In this document: positions 28,179-41,977 of the stretch, piece after piece
How positions within the stretch are numbered: the first letter of the stretch is position 1
Layout of the letters: each line of letters begins with the position of its first letter
Notes under the pieces: generated by a model
Databases searched by the model: none
Told to the model about the DNA's origin: nothing
The model's input: the letters and a program-made list of their open reading frames with translations, nothing else
Source of the DNA: Octopus vulgaris
Lineage: Eukaryota
Assembly (NCBI GenBank): GCA_951406725.2
Contig: OX597835.1
Coordinates: forward strand, 16,368,001 to 16,432,000
Length of the DNA stretch: 64,000 nt
Direction of reading: 5' to 3'
Translations under genes and position numbers: made by a program

Positions 28179-29099
28179 GGCTGTGTGGTAAGTAGCTTGC
28201 TTACCAACCACATGGTTCCGGGTTCAGTCCACTGAGTGGCATCTTGGGCAAGTGTCTTCTACTATAGCCTTGGGCCAACCAAAGCCTTGTGAGTGGATTT
28301 AGTAGATGGAAACCAAAAGAAGCCCATCACATATATGTATATATCATCATCATCATCATTGTTTAATGTCCGTTTTCCATGTTAGCATGGGTTGGATGGT
28401 TCGACCGGGGTCTGGGAAGCCAAAAGGCTGCACCAGGCTCCAGTCTGATCTGGCAGTGTTTCTACAGCTGGATGCCCTTCCTAATGCCAACCACTCCGTG
28501 AGTGTAGTGGGTGCTTTTTACGTGCCACTGGCACAGGGGCCAGAAGAGGCTGGCAAACGGCCACATTTGGTTGGTGCTTTTACGTGTCACCGACACGGAC
28601 GCCAGTCAGACGGCGCTGACATCTACCACTTTCAGATGGTGCTTTTTATGTGTCACTGGCATGGGTATCTTAACTACAATTTCCATTTGATTTTTATTTT
28701 GATGTTGGTGTTAACGTACTTGACTCAATAGGTCTCCTCAAGAACAGAGGGTCACTCTACGATCCAAGGTTAGCACAGCAGGCCGTCCTGCGAGCCACGA
28801 ACTCACTTCATTTATCGGGTCTTCAGTCACAGCATATATCAGAGGTCTCGGTCTTCGTCATTTCCTCTGTGAGGCCCTACGTGCTTGTATGTATGCTTGT
28901 GTGTCTGTGTTTGTCCCCCAACATCACTTGACAACCGATGCTGGTGTGTTTACGTCCCCGTAACTTAGCGGTTCGGCAAAAGAGACGGATAGAATAAGTA
29001 CTAGGCTTACAAAGAATAAGTCCTGGGGTCGATTTGCTCGACTAAAGGCGATGCTCCAGCATGGCCACAGTCAAATGACTGGAACAAGTAAAAGAGTAA
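28179..29099 (+). mobile_element. SINE family B interrupted by an (ATC)n-tailed RTE-like 3' fragment (28344-28880)
   Basis: Family B head at 28179-28330 and tail at 28890-29099. Confidence 0.8.
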
Positions 29100-29448
29100 A
29101 TGTCTGTGTTTTACTGATGAGGTAATAAGGCTGGAACCTATGCAAAGTTGTCTCCCATACATGCTCAAATTATTAAAACGACATAAGTCATTTACTAATA
29201 CTTTTGTTTTGTTTTGCTTTTTAACCCTCACAATATAATTATTTTTAACTAACTTCTTAACATTCCTTTTCCTCTCTCCTATGAATAAGAAAAATGGTTC
29301 TCAACCAGGGTCGATATAAGATTTTGTCGTTTAAATTTATGTGCAACAAATTGGTTATACTCCTACAATACACAAAATATTTTACGTCATTTTTTAAATA
29401 CAATTCCTGACAAAACTTAATTATAAAAATATAACAGGACTTCTTTAA

Positions 29449-29669
29449 CCCTTTCGCTACTGCATTTATTTTGAGATGCTCTGTGTTTCTTTCATTTAAT
29501 TTTAAATATAACAAAGAATTTAGTAAAATAACTTAGTTATCACGAAGCTAGTGTTAGGAACATAAATTGTGACTAAGGTTTGGTGGAAGATTTTAATTCA
29601 AAACTTATGAAAACAAGACATTTGTACTCAGAGCCAGAGGCAGTTTCAGCTGGGTTGGTACCAAAAGGG
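29449..29669 (-). mobile_element. TTAA-MITE family B
   Basis: TTAA|CCCTTTCG...AAAGGG|TTAA; near-identical to 29701-29911. Confidence 0.8.
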
Positions 29670-29700
29670 TTAAGAATTGTTTCTCTATTATATATTTTAA

Positions 29701-29911
29701 CCCTTTTGTTATCATATTGCTGTTGAGATGCTCTGTGTTTCTTTCAATTACTTTAAATATAACAAAGAATTTAGTAAAATAACTGAGTTATCATGAAGCT
29801 AGTGTTAGGAACATAAATTGTGACTAAGGTTTGGTGGAGAGATTTTAATTCAAACCTTATGAAAACAAGACATTTGTACTCAGAGCCAGAGCCAGGTTGG
29901 TAACGAAAGGG
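29701..29911 (-). mobile_element. TTAA-MITE family B
   Basis: TTAA TSD and CCCTTT/AAAGGG ends. Confidence 0.8.
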
Positions 29912-30047
29912 TTAAATATCAAATGGCTATGGAGGTCCACCTGAAGGAAATCAAAGGAGTCCATCAGTAAAAAAATCACTAGGAACCAATGAATTAGACT
30001 AACAATTTGCCTACAAAGGACATATTTCTCTGGTGCTCATGCACTGT

Positions 30048-30500
30048 ATCATCATCATCATCATCGTTTAACGTCCGTTCTCCATGCTAGCATGGGTTAG
30101 ACGGTTCGACCGGGGATCTGGGAAGCCAGAAGGCTGCACCAGGCTCCGGTCTTATCTGGCAATGTTTCTACAGCTGGATGCCCTTCCTAACGCCAACCAC
30201 TCCGTGAGTGTAGTGGGTGCTTTTTACGTGCCACCTGCACTGGAGCCAGGCGAGGCTGGTATCGGCCACGGTTGGATTGGTGCATTTTACGTGCCACCTG
30301 CACGGAAGCCAGTCGAGGCGGCACTGGCTCGGCCACGATTCGGATGGTGCTTTTTACGTGCCACCGACACGGAAGCCAGTTGAGGCGGCGCTGGCATCGG
30401 CAACGATTCGGATAGTGCTTTTTACGCATCTCCAGTCCAGGGGTCCTGGCATCTGCTAGGTGCCAGTCATAAGATTGGTTCAATTTCGATTTCGATACAC
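30048..30500 (-). mobile_element. Family D copy with ~4 internal repeats
   Basis: ggtgctttttacgtgccacc units in tandem. Confidence 0.75.
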
Positions 30501-31257
30501 ATTCCAAATTTGTGTTTTCAACCAGAGTAATTTGGGAATTCTGACAGGACAGTTTTATATTACTCAAACCAAATTAAATAAGGACGAACTAAATGTCAGA
30601 AAACAAAAGATGGACATCTGGGACAAGCTTAAGAAAATACTTTGGACAGGCAAAGAGTTAACACTATCTTAAGCAATAAATTGTTGATTTGAAAATATTC
30701 AGAAAATAAGTCTTCGGGAACGTAATCAGGAAATTCTGATTATGGTAAATTTAGAAGTTGATGGCTGCTGATTTATCTTTCTAGAAGGTTCCAGAAAACT
30801 GAAACTTTTATTTTCAATAATAATAATAATAAAAAAATTTTTTTTTTTTTAAGAAAGGCTTCCAACTATATTATGTTTTCAAGTTTGGCTCTGATCTAAC
30901 AGGAATTTCAAGCAAGAGAAATTAGATAAGAGTTACTGTTAAGATCAAAGTAGCTGACAAGGATTTTTTTATTTTTAAACAATAACCTTATAAAAAAAAA
31001 AGTAAAAAGAAAGATTTAAAAAAAATTTCCCTACATATTTCAAAAATGATGGTTTCTAATAAGATGCTTTCTCCATCTTGTGAGGAAGGAATAATCAACA
31101 AGCTGGTAGCTGTGTTTCTCTGAGAAGAAGAAGAACAACAACAAAATAGCATGAAAGAGGTCAGCTTCATTGATCAACATTCCATATTACTTCACACAGC
31201 ATGTGATTGGTAATATGTCTAGAGGTTGATTGATGGCTGCTAGTAGTAGTAGTAGTA

Positions 31258-31290
<33 letters not shown>

Positions 31291-31946
31291 GTGTAAGCTT
31301 GTGTAGAGACCCCCCCCATCCTCCCACCTCTGCCACACACATACCTTACAGTTTCAAGCAGAACTGATGGGAAAGCTAGCTTTGTAAATAAGGTGTATTG
31401 TTTGAACCAAGTCTGATGGAAGTTTGAGTTGCAAATAGAGGGTAGAACTGAAGCAGAACTGATGCAAGCAAATATATAGAAGAGATAGGTTAGATGCATG
31501 CATGCATATATAAATGCATACATACATCCTATATATATATATATATATATGCGTATGTATGCGAGTGTGGTTTTGTCTATCTAAAAATACAGACTGGGTA
31601 GATTAGAGTGGAGAGCAGAAAAGATGGATGGGATCAGCCACCCTAACAGGTAGGGGTTAGAAGTAGCTTAGCACTGTTTCTGGTCATTGTTTAAACCTAG
31701 GTCAACTCTGATTCAGCAGACCTATAATCAAAAGCTTTCCACCCATGACTATCCTATTTTATCTTATCCTATTTTCTAGACACCTAGGACTGAAATATCT
31801 GAAGAAGCGTTCTTTCTTTTCCAAGCCAGTAAGGTGTAATTTGAGGGAGATTTAGCTGCTATGTTTAACAGGCTGATCAGTCATATAGAAGTTTCCTCTT
31901 GTTGACTTGGTCTGTTATTCAGGTGAGCACAGCTGCATCGAAACAG

Positions 31947-31984
<38 letters not shown>

Positions 31985-32169
31985 TGTGTTTGTGTGTGTG
32001 TGTTTGTGTGTGTGACATTAACAGGAGTGGAAAAGCATTCATTATACATCAACACACCTTTCCACGTATCGTTGGACATGTGAAGACATGTGAAATATCA
32101 AAAAAAGTTAGGAGCTTCTTTTCTTTATTCATGAATGTAATCTGTAAACACATTGGTCTTTGGAGTGCA

Positions 32170-32210
<41 letters not shown>

Positions 32211-32769
32211 ACAAACACACACACACCTACACATTCACAGACACACAACTCTCGATTCATTGTTTGTCAATTATCCAATGCTAATCTATAATGATAAGAG
32301 GTGGAAAGTTGTGAACACAGAAACTGCATGTAAGGATGGTGTTCGGGCTGACATAACTGGATACAACTTGGAATCAGACATAATGTGAAACAGAGAAATC
32401 TGAGTCGGGATGGAGACACGGTGTGTATGGAAGATGACATCATCATCATCGTAGTGTCCACTTTTCCATGCATGCATGGGTTGGATAGAGTTTATAGAGG
32501 CAGATTATCTACAGCTGGATGCCCTTCCTGTCACCCACTGTTGCTTGTTTCCAAGCGAGGTTATATTTTCCCATGGCCAGAGAGGTTCTTGCAGTATATT
32601 GGAAATGAATGGCACCGCTTCTATGACAGTGGCAATCATTTTAAAACCATCATGCGATGTTAAGTCATGGAGAAAACACACACACACATACAGACACACA
32701 ATGGCTTTCTTTCAGTTTCTGTCAACCAGATCCATTCATGACGAACAAGTCAAAAAAGTGTAACAAACA

Positions 32770-33072
32770 CCATTCGATCGTGGCCGTTCGCCAGCCTCGT
32801 CTGGCACCTGTGTCGGTGGCACATAAAAAACACCATCCGAGCGTGGCCGTTCGCCAGCCTCGTCTGGCACCTGTGTTGGTGGCACATAAAATCACCCACT
32901 ACACTCTCGGAGTGGTTGGCGTTAGGAAGGGCATCCAGCTGTAGAAACACTGCCAGATCTGACTGGGCCTGGTGCAGCCTTCGGGCTCCCCAGACCCCAG
33001 TTGAACCGTCCAACCCATGCCAGCATGGAAAGCGGACGTTAAACGATGATGATGATGATGATGATGATGATG
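32770..33072 (+). mobile_element. Family D copy
   Basis: Two 63-bp internal repeats and a (GAT)n tail. Other copies at 14485-14592, 20737-21000, 42880-43112 and 62646-62809. Confidence 0.75.
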
Positions 33073-33339
33073 AAGTGCCAAATGACCCAAGTGAAATAAA
33101 GAAACAGAGGAAACATAGGAAGAAGTGGTGAGAAATTGATCTCAGAATACTGAACTTCAGAAAGGAAATGACGACAAAGGAATGACAGCAAGTGGTGTGA
33201 TACTGTGCAGGAGAAGACCTGTCAAAACATATACAAGAAATAGAACAAATCAACAAATGACGATGATAAATCAATCATGTATTTGATATCCTGGTTAATA
33301 ATCAGCAAATCTATACAGACTGGATATTTATATATTTAA

Positions 33340-33830
33340 CCCTTTCGTTACCAACCCAGCCAAAGATAGATGGGATCAGCCACCCTAACAGGTAGGGGGT
33401 TAGAAGTAGCTTAGCACTGTTTTTGGTCATTGTTTAAACCTAGGTCAACTCTGATTCAGCAGACCTATAATCAAAAGCTTTCCACCCATGACTATCCTAT
33501 TTTATCTTATATCTAGACACCTAGGACCGCAATATCTGAAGCGTTCTTTCTTTTCCAAGCCAGTAAGGTGTAATTTGAGGGAAATTTAGCTGCTATGTTT
33601 AACAGGCTGATCAGTCATATAGAAGTTTCCTCTTGTAGTACAAAGGCTCTGTAGTACAAATATCTTGTTTTCATAAGTTTTGCATTAAAATATACCACCA
33701 AACCTTAGTCACAATTTATGTTCCTAACACTAGCTTAATGATAACCAAGTTATTTTACTAAATTCTTTGTTATATTAAAATAATTGAAAGAAACACAGAG
33801 CATCTCAAAATAAATACAGTAACTAAAGGG
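33340..33830 (+). mobile_element. TTAA-MITE family B with a ~275-bp foreign insert
   Basis: TTAA|CCCTTTCGTTACC ... AAAGGG|TTAA; insert at ~33363-33636 duplicates ~31620-31901. Confidence 0.75.
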
Positions 33831-35089
33831 TTAATAGGAGACTCTGTCTTAAAAGTTGAAATAGGTTGGATGTGAAAATTTTTCATTTATTTCCCGAAAG
33901 AGTTAGTAAAATATTCACAGGCATAGCTGTGAAGTAAGAAGATTGGTCCTCAACCGCATGGCTACGGGTTCAGTTCTACTGCATGGCACCTTGAGCAAGT
34001 GTCTTCTACCATAGCCCCAGGGCAACCACAGCCTTGGGAGTGAAATTGGTAAATGGAAACTGAAAGATGCTCGCTGTGTGTGTGTTTATCTCCCACCACC
34101 ACATGACAACTGGTGTTGGTTTGCTTACATCCCTGTAATTTTGCAGTTTGGCAAAAGAGACCAAAAATAAGTGCTGGGATCAATCTGTTCAACTAAATCC
34201 TTCAAGGCAGTGCCCCAGCATGGTCGCAGTCCAATGACTGAAACAAAAATTAGGGCACTCCATTGATGGTTTTAGTTCTCTTGAATTTACCACTCCAACA
34301 CACTACACTTAAGTCAATGACAGAACCTCTAAGAGGTCACTCACCCTGCTAAGAATAGAAGCAAAATCACCCCAAAACTCACACCTTATTTATTGTCTGA
34401 AATAAAAGGGAAGGCACATTGGATCATGTGATTCTAGACATATCTGAATAAAAGATGAGATGCTCACAGCTGGAACATCTTTTATCATAGGTTTACTGGA
34501 TCAGGGCTGACCTGGGGCTACACAACATTATCAAAAATTACAAGGTGAGATAAATCCCAAGCAAGGCATCTCTTTGATTATTAGGTAAATAATTATGTCT
34601 GAATAAAAGATGGGAACGGCCATGACTGAGACGCATTATATCATAGATCTAATGGATCGGGGGCTGACCCAGGGCTAAACAAGTCCATTACAATACAGTG
34701 ATAACAAAAGAATGAAGAAATTTGAAAAAAAAAAAAAAAACCTAACAAACAAACAAACAAAAACCCTGACAAAATTAAGGAAAACAGTTAGCCAGTCTGT
34801 TTACCGGAGGACAGTGTGAGGTTGGCATAACGAACAAAAGATTGTATGACGGCAGAAATGTGGAGAATCTCTTTCAAAAACCTGGCGGCATTTTCATTGA
34901 AAAGGAAGGTGTATATTCTAGTGAATGTATCTCAGTGAATTTTTCACTGATCAGGCTTGTTCTTTTATGCTGGGAATATACATTTCTGGAATTGGGCTAG
35001 TGAATTCAAGATGGAAGTGATACAAAGTAGTTTGACAAACAGACAGACATCATAATAACAAATGTAACATACAAAAAAAAAAATCAAAG

Positions 35090-35128
<39 letters not shown>

Positions 35129-35426
35129 AACACATATATACACACATAAATATACAAACATATACATACATATATATACACTAACACACACACACACACA
35201 CATATACACACATAAATATACAAACATATACATACATATATATATACACTAACACACACACACACACATATACACAAACACATATATACATACTTAAATA
35301 TACAAACATATACATACATATATATATATACACTAACACACACACACACACACATACACAAACATATACATACATATATATATACTAATACACATACACA
35401 CACATATATATAAACACTATACATAC

Positions 35427-35508
<82 letters not shown>

Positions 35509-36260
35509 AAGCTATTTCTCCACCCCCTTCTGGAATATATAAAGCACAGAAAAGCTGGAAAAATTATGAAGTAAAATAAAATAAAAGGAAAAAAAGAAAG
35601 AAAAAAATATGGAAAAGAAAAGAAACTGACAAAAGAAAGAAAGAAAGAAAAAAGAGACAAAATGAAAAGCGAACAATAATAGCAGCGGCAGCAGAAGTAT
35701 TGTGAAATAAAATGGATAGACAATATGATAAGTTGAAAGTTGTATAGTAAGTAATATAGATATGTAATAGTTGAATAAATAAAAACTAAATAATAACAAT
35801 AGCAACAACAACAGTAACAGTAACAACAATAACAGCACTCAATCTTTTAAGAAGGTTCCAGAAAAATGTGGAAGAAAAAGAAAAAAGGAAGGGGGGGAAA
35901 AAAAGATAAAACTAAAAGAAGGAAGTTATTTGTGATGGAAAGCAGAAATGCTAAATGTGAAATGATGTAAAACAACAACAACAAAAACGTGTGGTGGTGG
36001 TGGTGGTGGTGGTGGTAGTGGTGGTGGTGGTGGTGGTTTTGAACAATTGCTAAAAATGTGTTTGTTTTTTTTTTTGTGTTGTCAGAAAGCACTGAGATGT
36101 GGAAGAATTAAAAAAAGGAAAGTGTGTGTGTGTGTGTGTGTGTGTGATGAGGTGAGAGACACTCTGGAATATTGATGGTTGTGATGGTGAGGGGTTAAGT
36201 AACAGGAAGAGTAGGGGATGGGGTTGAAGAAAAAATAAACAAGGAGAAAGTAGAGAGAGA

Positions 36261-36314
<54 letters not shown>

Positions 36315-36909
36315 AATAGATAGAGATAGATAGTGAGAGAGTAATCTTCAGGAATTGATTAACATTTTAGGTTTTGGAAATTTTAAACAAAATTTTAAGT
36401 TGTTATTTACTCAGATATATTTGTTCATACAAGAAGTATAAACCAGATATTTTCTTCCATTTTGGCAAAGTGTATTTTTTTCCCCTCTTGAAATTCAATA
36501 GAGAAATCTATTAAAAACCTAACCTATCATCTAAATAAATACTCTTTCTAAAACTGGTCTCTCTCCAACACTTCTCTCTCTGTCTGTCTCTAACTCAAGT
36601 TCTCTTTAGAAACCTAACATACCATCTAAACTACCATTCCTCCTTAACTCTCACTGTTTCTCTCTTACACTATCTTCCCTTTTTTTATAAACTCAACTTT
36701 CGGCTGATTAACCCCACCCTAACTCTCTGTTCTCTCGGTGGTGGTGTTCTCCAAGATGGTTCTTGAAAATTAAGCTGGTTCTTCCTTCCTTTTTTTTTTG
36801 CTTCCGCTCTTACAAAATGACCCAGCTTATTATGTCCAACAATGATGCAGGCCTGTTAACCTAATTATCTTCAACATTGGTAAAATGGTAAAATTCTAAA
36901 GCAACTTTT

Positions 36910-36949
<40 letters not shown>

Positions 36950-37207
36950 TATGACACCCTATTTTCATTCAGATAAGAAACCAAGCCATTTAAAACAACA
37001 CACACACACACACACACACACACACTATATATTATAAACAAACTTCTCTTTGAGCCATGTCCAGTTTCCTCTTAAGAATTTTGAACCGCTTGGTTCTAAA
37101 TACAGACATAGACCAGACTAAGTAGCTAGATTGTATCCTGGCAACATAACTCAGTCTTATTTCTAAATACAGACACAGACCACCAACTTCAGTATCTACA
37201 CCATATA

Positions 37208-37436
37208 TTTCTTTATTGCCTGCAATTGGGCTAAACATAGAGGGGACAAACAAAGACAGACAAAGGGATTAAGTCGATTACATCGACCCCAGTGCGTAAC
37301 TGGTACTTTATTTATCGACCCCGAAAGGATGAAAGGCAAAGTCGACCTCAGCGGAATTTGAACTCAGAACGTAACAGCAGGCGAAATACGGCTACGCATT
37401 TCGCCTGGTGTGCTAACAATTCTGCCAGCTCGCCGC
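37208..37436 (-). mobile_element. SINE family A
   Basis: Near-identical to the other family A copies. Confidence 0.85.
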
Positions 37437-38115
37437 TTCCCTAAGTGGGCGATATTGCCCACCAGTGGGCAATTGGGCAAATTTCTATAAAACGGTGAGT
37501 TATTTGAGATTTTGGTGAGCACTGTGGGTGACAAAGAATTTTTAGAAATCAAGTCTGCATTTACCTATATCTAGACATGCCTAGAATAAGGATGCACTTT
37601 TAGCGATTTGACTACTCAAATGAGACGTCCCTTTGTAATAAAAAAAAAAAAAAAAGCAGACTTGTTTATCGATTGAATATTTTTGTTACACAGTCATTGA
37701 AAAACTCTCGTTGATCGTAAACCATTTATCACTAACTTCATTTTGAAAATGGTGCTGTTTCAAAACATCAATTGACTCAACTTCCACAACTTGATTCTTT
37801 GAAAGATGAATTGGTTGATGAGGAAATACCCTAACCATCAAGTTATAGGCATCCACTAACCCAGTTCTATAACAGTTCTGAAGACTCCTAATGAAACCAA
37901 CCATCCATTTTTGCCATGCACCACACACACACACATACACACATACATCTATGGTTGGTGTCAGGAAAAGCATCCATTTGTAGTAACCAAACAAAGACAA
38001 TTTATTATGAAAGACTTCTGACATGTTGATCAAGATACAGGAACTTTAAATAAGAACCAACTACTAACTCATGCCAACACAAAAAGCTGACGCAAAATGA
38101 TTTATATACATATAC

Positions 38116-39017
38116 TAGCAGAAAGACCACCCTCCAGGCAGTTTTCTGCTGGTCAAACCTATAGTGTGTGTGTGTGTGTGTGTATTAGAGAAATTACAAA
38201 CAATGAATGAAATAAACATGAAATGAAAAAACATATAAATAAAAACTTGTTAAAAAATTAACTTGTACCGAATATTTGAATTTGTGAACTTGAAATATTC
38301 AATAATAAAAGGAAGTTCAGAAAGTAAATTTTCCTGAAAACTTCAATTATAAAAAAATCTCACTCGCTTACTAAATATTTCTTTCAGTAATTTATCGTAG
38401 TTATAATATATATCTGTAATTATAACAAACTTCAAGGTTTAGCGTACTAGAAATAGCAGCAATCACAGTTATTATTGTAAGGCTTATAGTGTTCCAAACA
38501 GACATACCAACAAAATCACTTCTTAATTAAAAAAAAAAAAAAAAATACTGGTATATTAAAAAATTTTCATTTTATCAAAAATAAGTCTCAAAGTTATACA
38601 GCTACTTTGTCTAATAGCATTCATTCATTCAATAAATGATTTTTTTTACATTAGGTATATAGAATAAACTGTGGGTTTTGCAAATAGTGAATTAAAACTT
38701 GAAAGGAAAACATTAAAATGAATATATATTAAATTATCATTAATGAAAGTAGAGGTGAGAGAGAGTGGGGGACTATTGCAAATGAAAATGGAAAATTTTG
38801 CCTGCAACGAATTAATATTGTTTATTAAATCTTACTCTGCAGTGAATATTTAAATTTGTGAAAAACTTGTATTTCAAATATTCAATAACCTCCAGAAATT
38901 TCAAACATGAATTCATAAAAAAATTTTCAGACGGTCAAGCCTTTAATATTTGCTTTCTTTTAGTAACTATTACATACCTAATTAATAAGCAGTTTTCCCT
39001 ATTATAATATATATATA
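38116..39017 (-). mobile_element. Possible degenerate Helitron-like element
   Basis: Minus-strand end ...ggagggtggtctttctgCTAG|T; AT-rich body; TA-rich start. Confidence 0.35.
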
Positions 39018-39054
39018 AGCACTGCACATTTATCTTTCCTTTCTAGCCTAAACT

Positions 39055-39445
39055 GGATGGAAGCACTCCATCGGTTACGACGATGAGGGTTCCGGTTGAT
39101 CCGAATCAACGGAACAGCCTGCTCGTGAAATTAACGTGTAAGTGGCTGAGCACTTCACAGACACGTGCACCCTTAACGTAGTTCTCGGGGATATTCAGCA
39201 TGACACAAAGAGTGACAAGGCCGGCCCCTTTGAAATACAGGTACAACAGGAACAGAAAGTAAGAGTGAGAGAAAGTTGTGGTGAAAGAGTACAGCAGGGA
39301 TCGCCACCATCCCCTGCCGGAGCCTCGTGGAGCTTTTAGGTGTTTTCGCTCAATAAACACCCACAATGCCCGGTCTGGGAATCGAAACCGCGATCCTATG
39401 ACCGCGAGTCCGTTGTCCTAACCACTGGGCCATTGCGCCTCCACA
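39055..39445 (-). mobile_element. SINE family C
   Basis: 11-bp TSD tagcctaaact. Confidence 0.88.
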
Positions 39446-40444
39446 TAGCCTAAACTATCTCTGTAATCTCTGTAATCCTTTTTGCACAAAACCAGTAATT
39501 TCAGGGGAGAAGGCCAGTCGATTACATTGATCCCAGTGTCCAACCAGTACTTATTTTATTGACCCAGGAAGGATGAAAGACAAAGTTGACTTTGGCAGCA
39601 TTTGAACTCAGAATATGCTGCTAAGCATTATTGCCCAGTGTGTTAACAATTCTGCCAGCTTGCAGCCTTTATAATTTTAAACTAAATCAACCAACTTCAT
39701 GTTTTGTTTAATTCTCATTATGTTCCTTCTTCCCTTGTCTTTAAACAACCACACATACACACACGTGTGTGTGTATATATTCTTTTATTCCTTTACTAGT
39801 TTCAGTCATTTGACTGCGGCCGTGCTGGAGCACTGCCTTTAGCTGAAGGAACCGACCCCAGGACTTATTCCTTATAAGTCTGGTACTTTATCAATCTCTG
39901 GTGTCAAACCACTAAGTTACATGGATGTAAACACACAAAGACTGGTTGTCAAGCGATGGTGGGGGGACAAACACAAACACACAAACATATACATACATAT
40001 ATATATGACAGGCTTCTTTCAGTCTCCATCTACCCAAATCCACTCACAAGGCTATAGTAGGAGACACTTGCCCTGCCTGCACTTATATGCAACTGGGGGA
40101 GGAGGGGGAGGCAATATTTTAATTGAAAAAATAAAAATCAAATCTGATTATCGAACATGCTTTATTGTAGTTTATTGTTGTTTAACCCTTGGTCAGCTCC
40201 AGCTGGACAGACTTATGATCAAAAGCATTCTTGTCAAGACATTTTCCCAGGCAAAATGTGCTGTGGACTACACTATTTAATGTACCCTTTTCGAAGACAA
40301 TAGAGTGTGAGTTGAGGGAACTTCCTAAATGGAGTGAAATCTGTCTTTATGACCTGCTATTTCTAGTAGATCAAGAGGCCACATAGAGGCTTACACACTG
40401 GTTTTCATATTTGTTGTATTTTCTCATTGACAAGGAACTGGTTC

Positions 40445-40655
40445 TTCTGTTGTACTCCTTCCTTTATTTGTGTACTCCTGTTATTGGTGTAGAGATGATC
40501 CTTCAGTTGTACTCCTTAACTGATACAGAGTATGTCATTTAGTTGTACTCCTTTATTGGTGCAGTGTTGGTCTGGTTTTTCAAATGTACTCCTTTATTGA
40601 CGCAATGTAGGTCATTTAGATGTACTCCTTTATGGGTGCAGTGATGTACTCCTTC
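40445..40655. repeat. Degenerate tandem array with a conserved tgtactcct motif
   Basis: Motif at 40451, 40471, 40508, 40544, 40585, 40621 and 40645. Confidence 0.7.
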
Positions 40656-41762
40656 CATCCCTTGATGTAACCTATAAAAAAGTTACTTAACCTGCTAGGA
40701 ATAGCAGCTAAATTCCCTCCAAAAAAAAAAACAAAAAAAAAAAACAAACCAACAAAACAACCCCCAAAAACCCATACCCTACCATCTTAAAAATGGATAT
40801 TAGACAAGGTAGTCCTTGACCTATAAAATTTCAAGCTGGTCATACATGGAATGCTTTTGAATTGTAGGTCTACTCAATCAAAGCAGACCTGGTGCCAAAC
40901 AACAAGAACCACCACAAAAGAACCATGAACTGGCAGGAGTGTCTTTGTATGACTGTTCAACAGTCTAGGAATAGTAGCCATATCTCTTTCAACCCACATC
41001 CTATACACATAATAATATACATATATACATATACATACATATATATACATACATACGTATATATATATATAAATATATACATACATATAAATATATACAT
41101 ACATACACATACATAAATATATATACAAATATATACATACATATAAATATATACATACATATACATACATAAATATATATACATAAATACATATATATAC
41201 ACATATACATACATATATATATATATATACATATACATACATATATATATATACAAATACATACATATATATACATACATACATATACATACATATACAT
41301 ACATATACATACATACATATATATACATACACATATATACATACACATATATACATACACATATATACATACACATATACATACATATATATATACATAC
41401 ACATATACATACATATATATATACATACACATATACATACATATATATATACATACACATATACATATATATACATACGTACATACATATATATATACAC
41501 ACACATACATATATACATATATACACATATATATATACATACATACACATATATATATACACACATACATATATACATATATATATACACACATACATAT
41601 ATACATACATGTATAAATATATATACATATATTTACCACGTGAACTACGATGAAAAAAATATGTGAAAGATATGGTATATAATTTTTTTTTTTTGTGTAG
41701 GGGTTCCTTGAGACATGTAATTTATTGCAAGGGTAAAAAGGTGGAGAAACACTGGTGTAGAG

Positions 41763-41977
41763 CAATGGTTCTCAATCATTTTTTTTTTACCTATGGACCC
41801 CTTTGATCTCTATTCTACTCAGATGGACCCTCCCAGCCGTTTGATGCTTACAAGCAAAAATTTTTAGAATATTTTGTGCATTGTAGAATTATAAAGCAAC
41901 TTATTGCACCTAAATCTTAACAACAAAATCTTATATGGATCCCGGAGGGTCATATGGCATCCAGTTGAGAACCCCTA
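41763..41977. mobile_element. hAT-type MITE
   Basis: TIR caatggttctcaa / ttgagaaccccta; 8-bp TSD gtgtagag/gtgtaggg. Confidence 0.7.

Larger units (their letters stand above)
29292..29990. mobile_element. hAT-type MITE carrying two nested TTAA-MITEs
   Basis: aatggttctcaacc ... ggaaccaatg; interrupted at 29449-29669 and 29701-29911. Confidence 0.6.

Noticed and set aside
29111-29146. CTGATGA...GGAAC..GCA possible hammerhead
   Set aside because: The GAAA and GUH elements are mutated and stem II is not formed.
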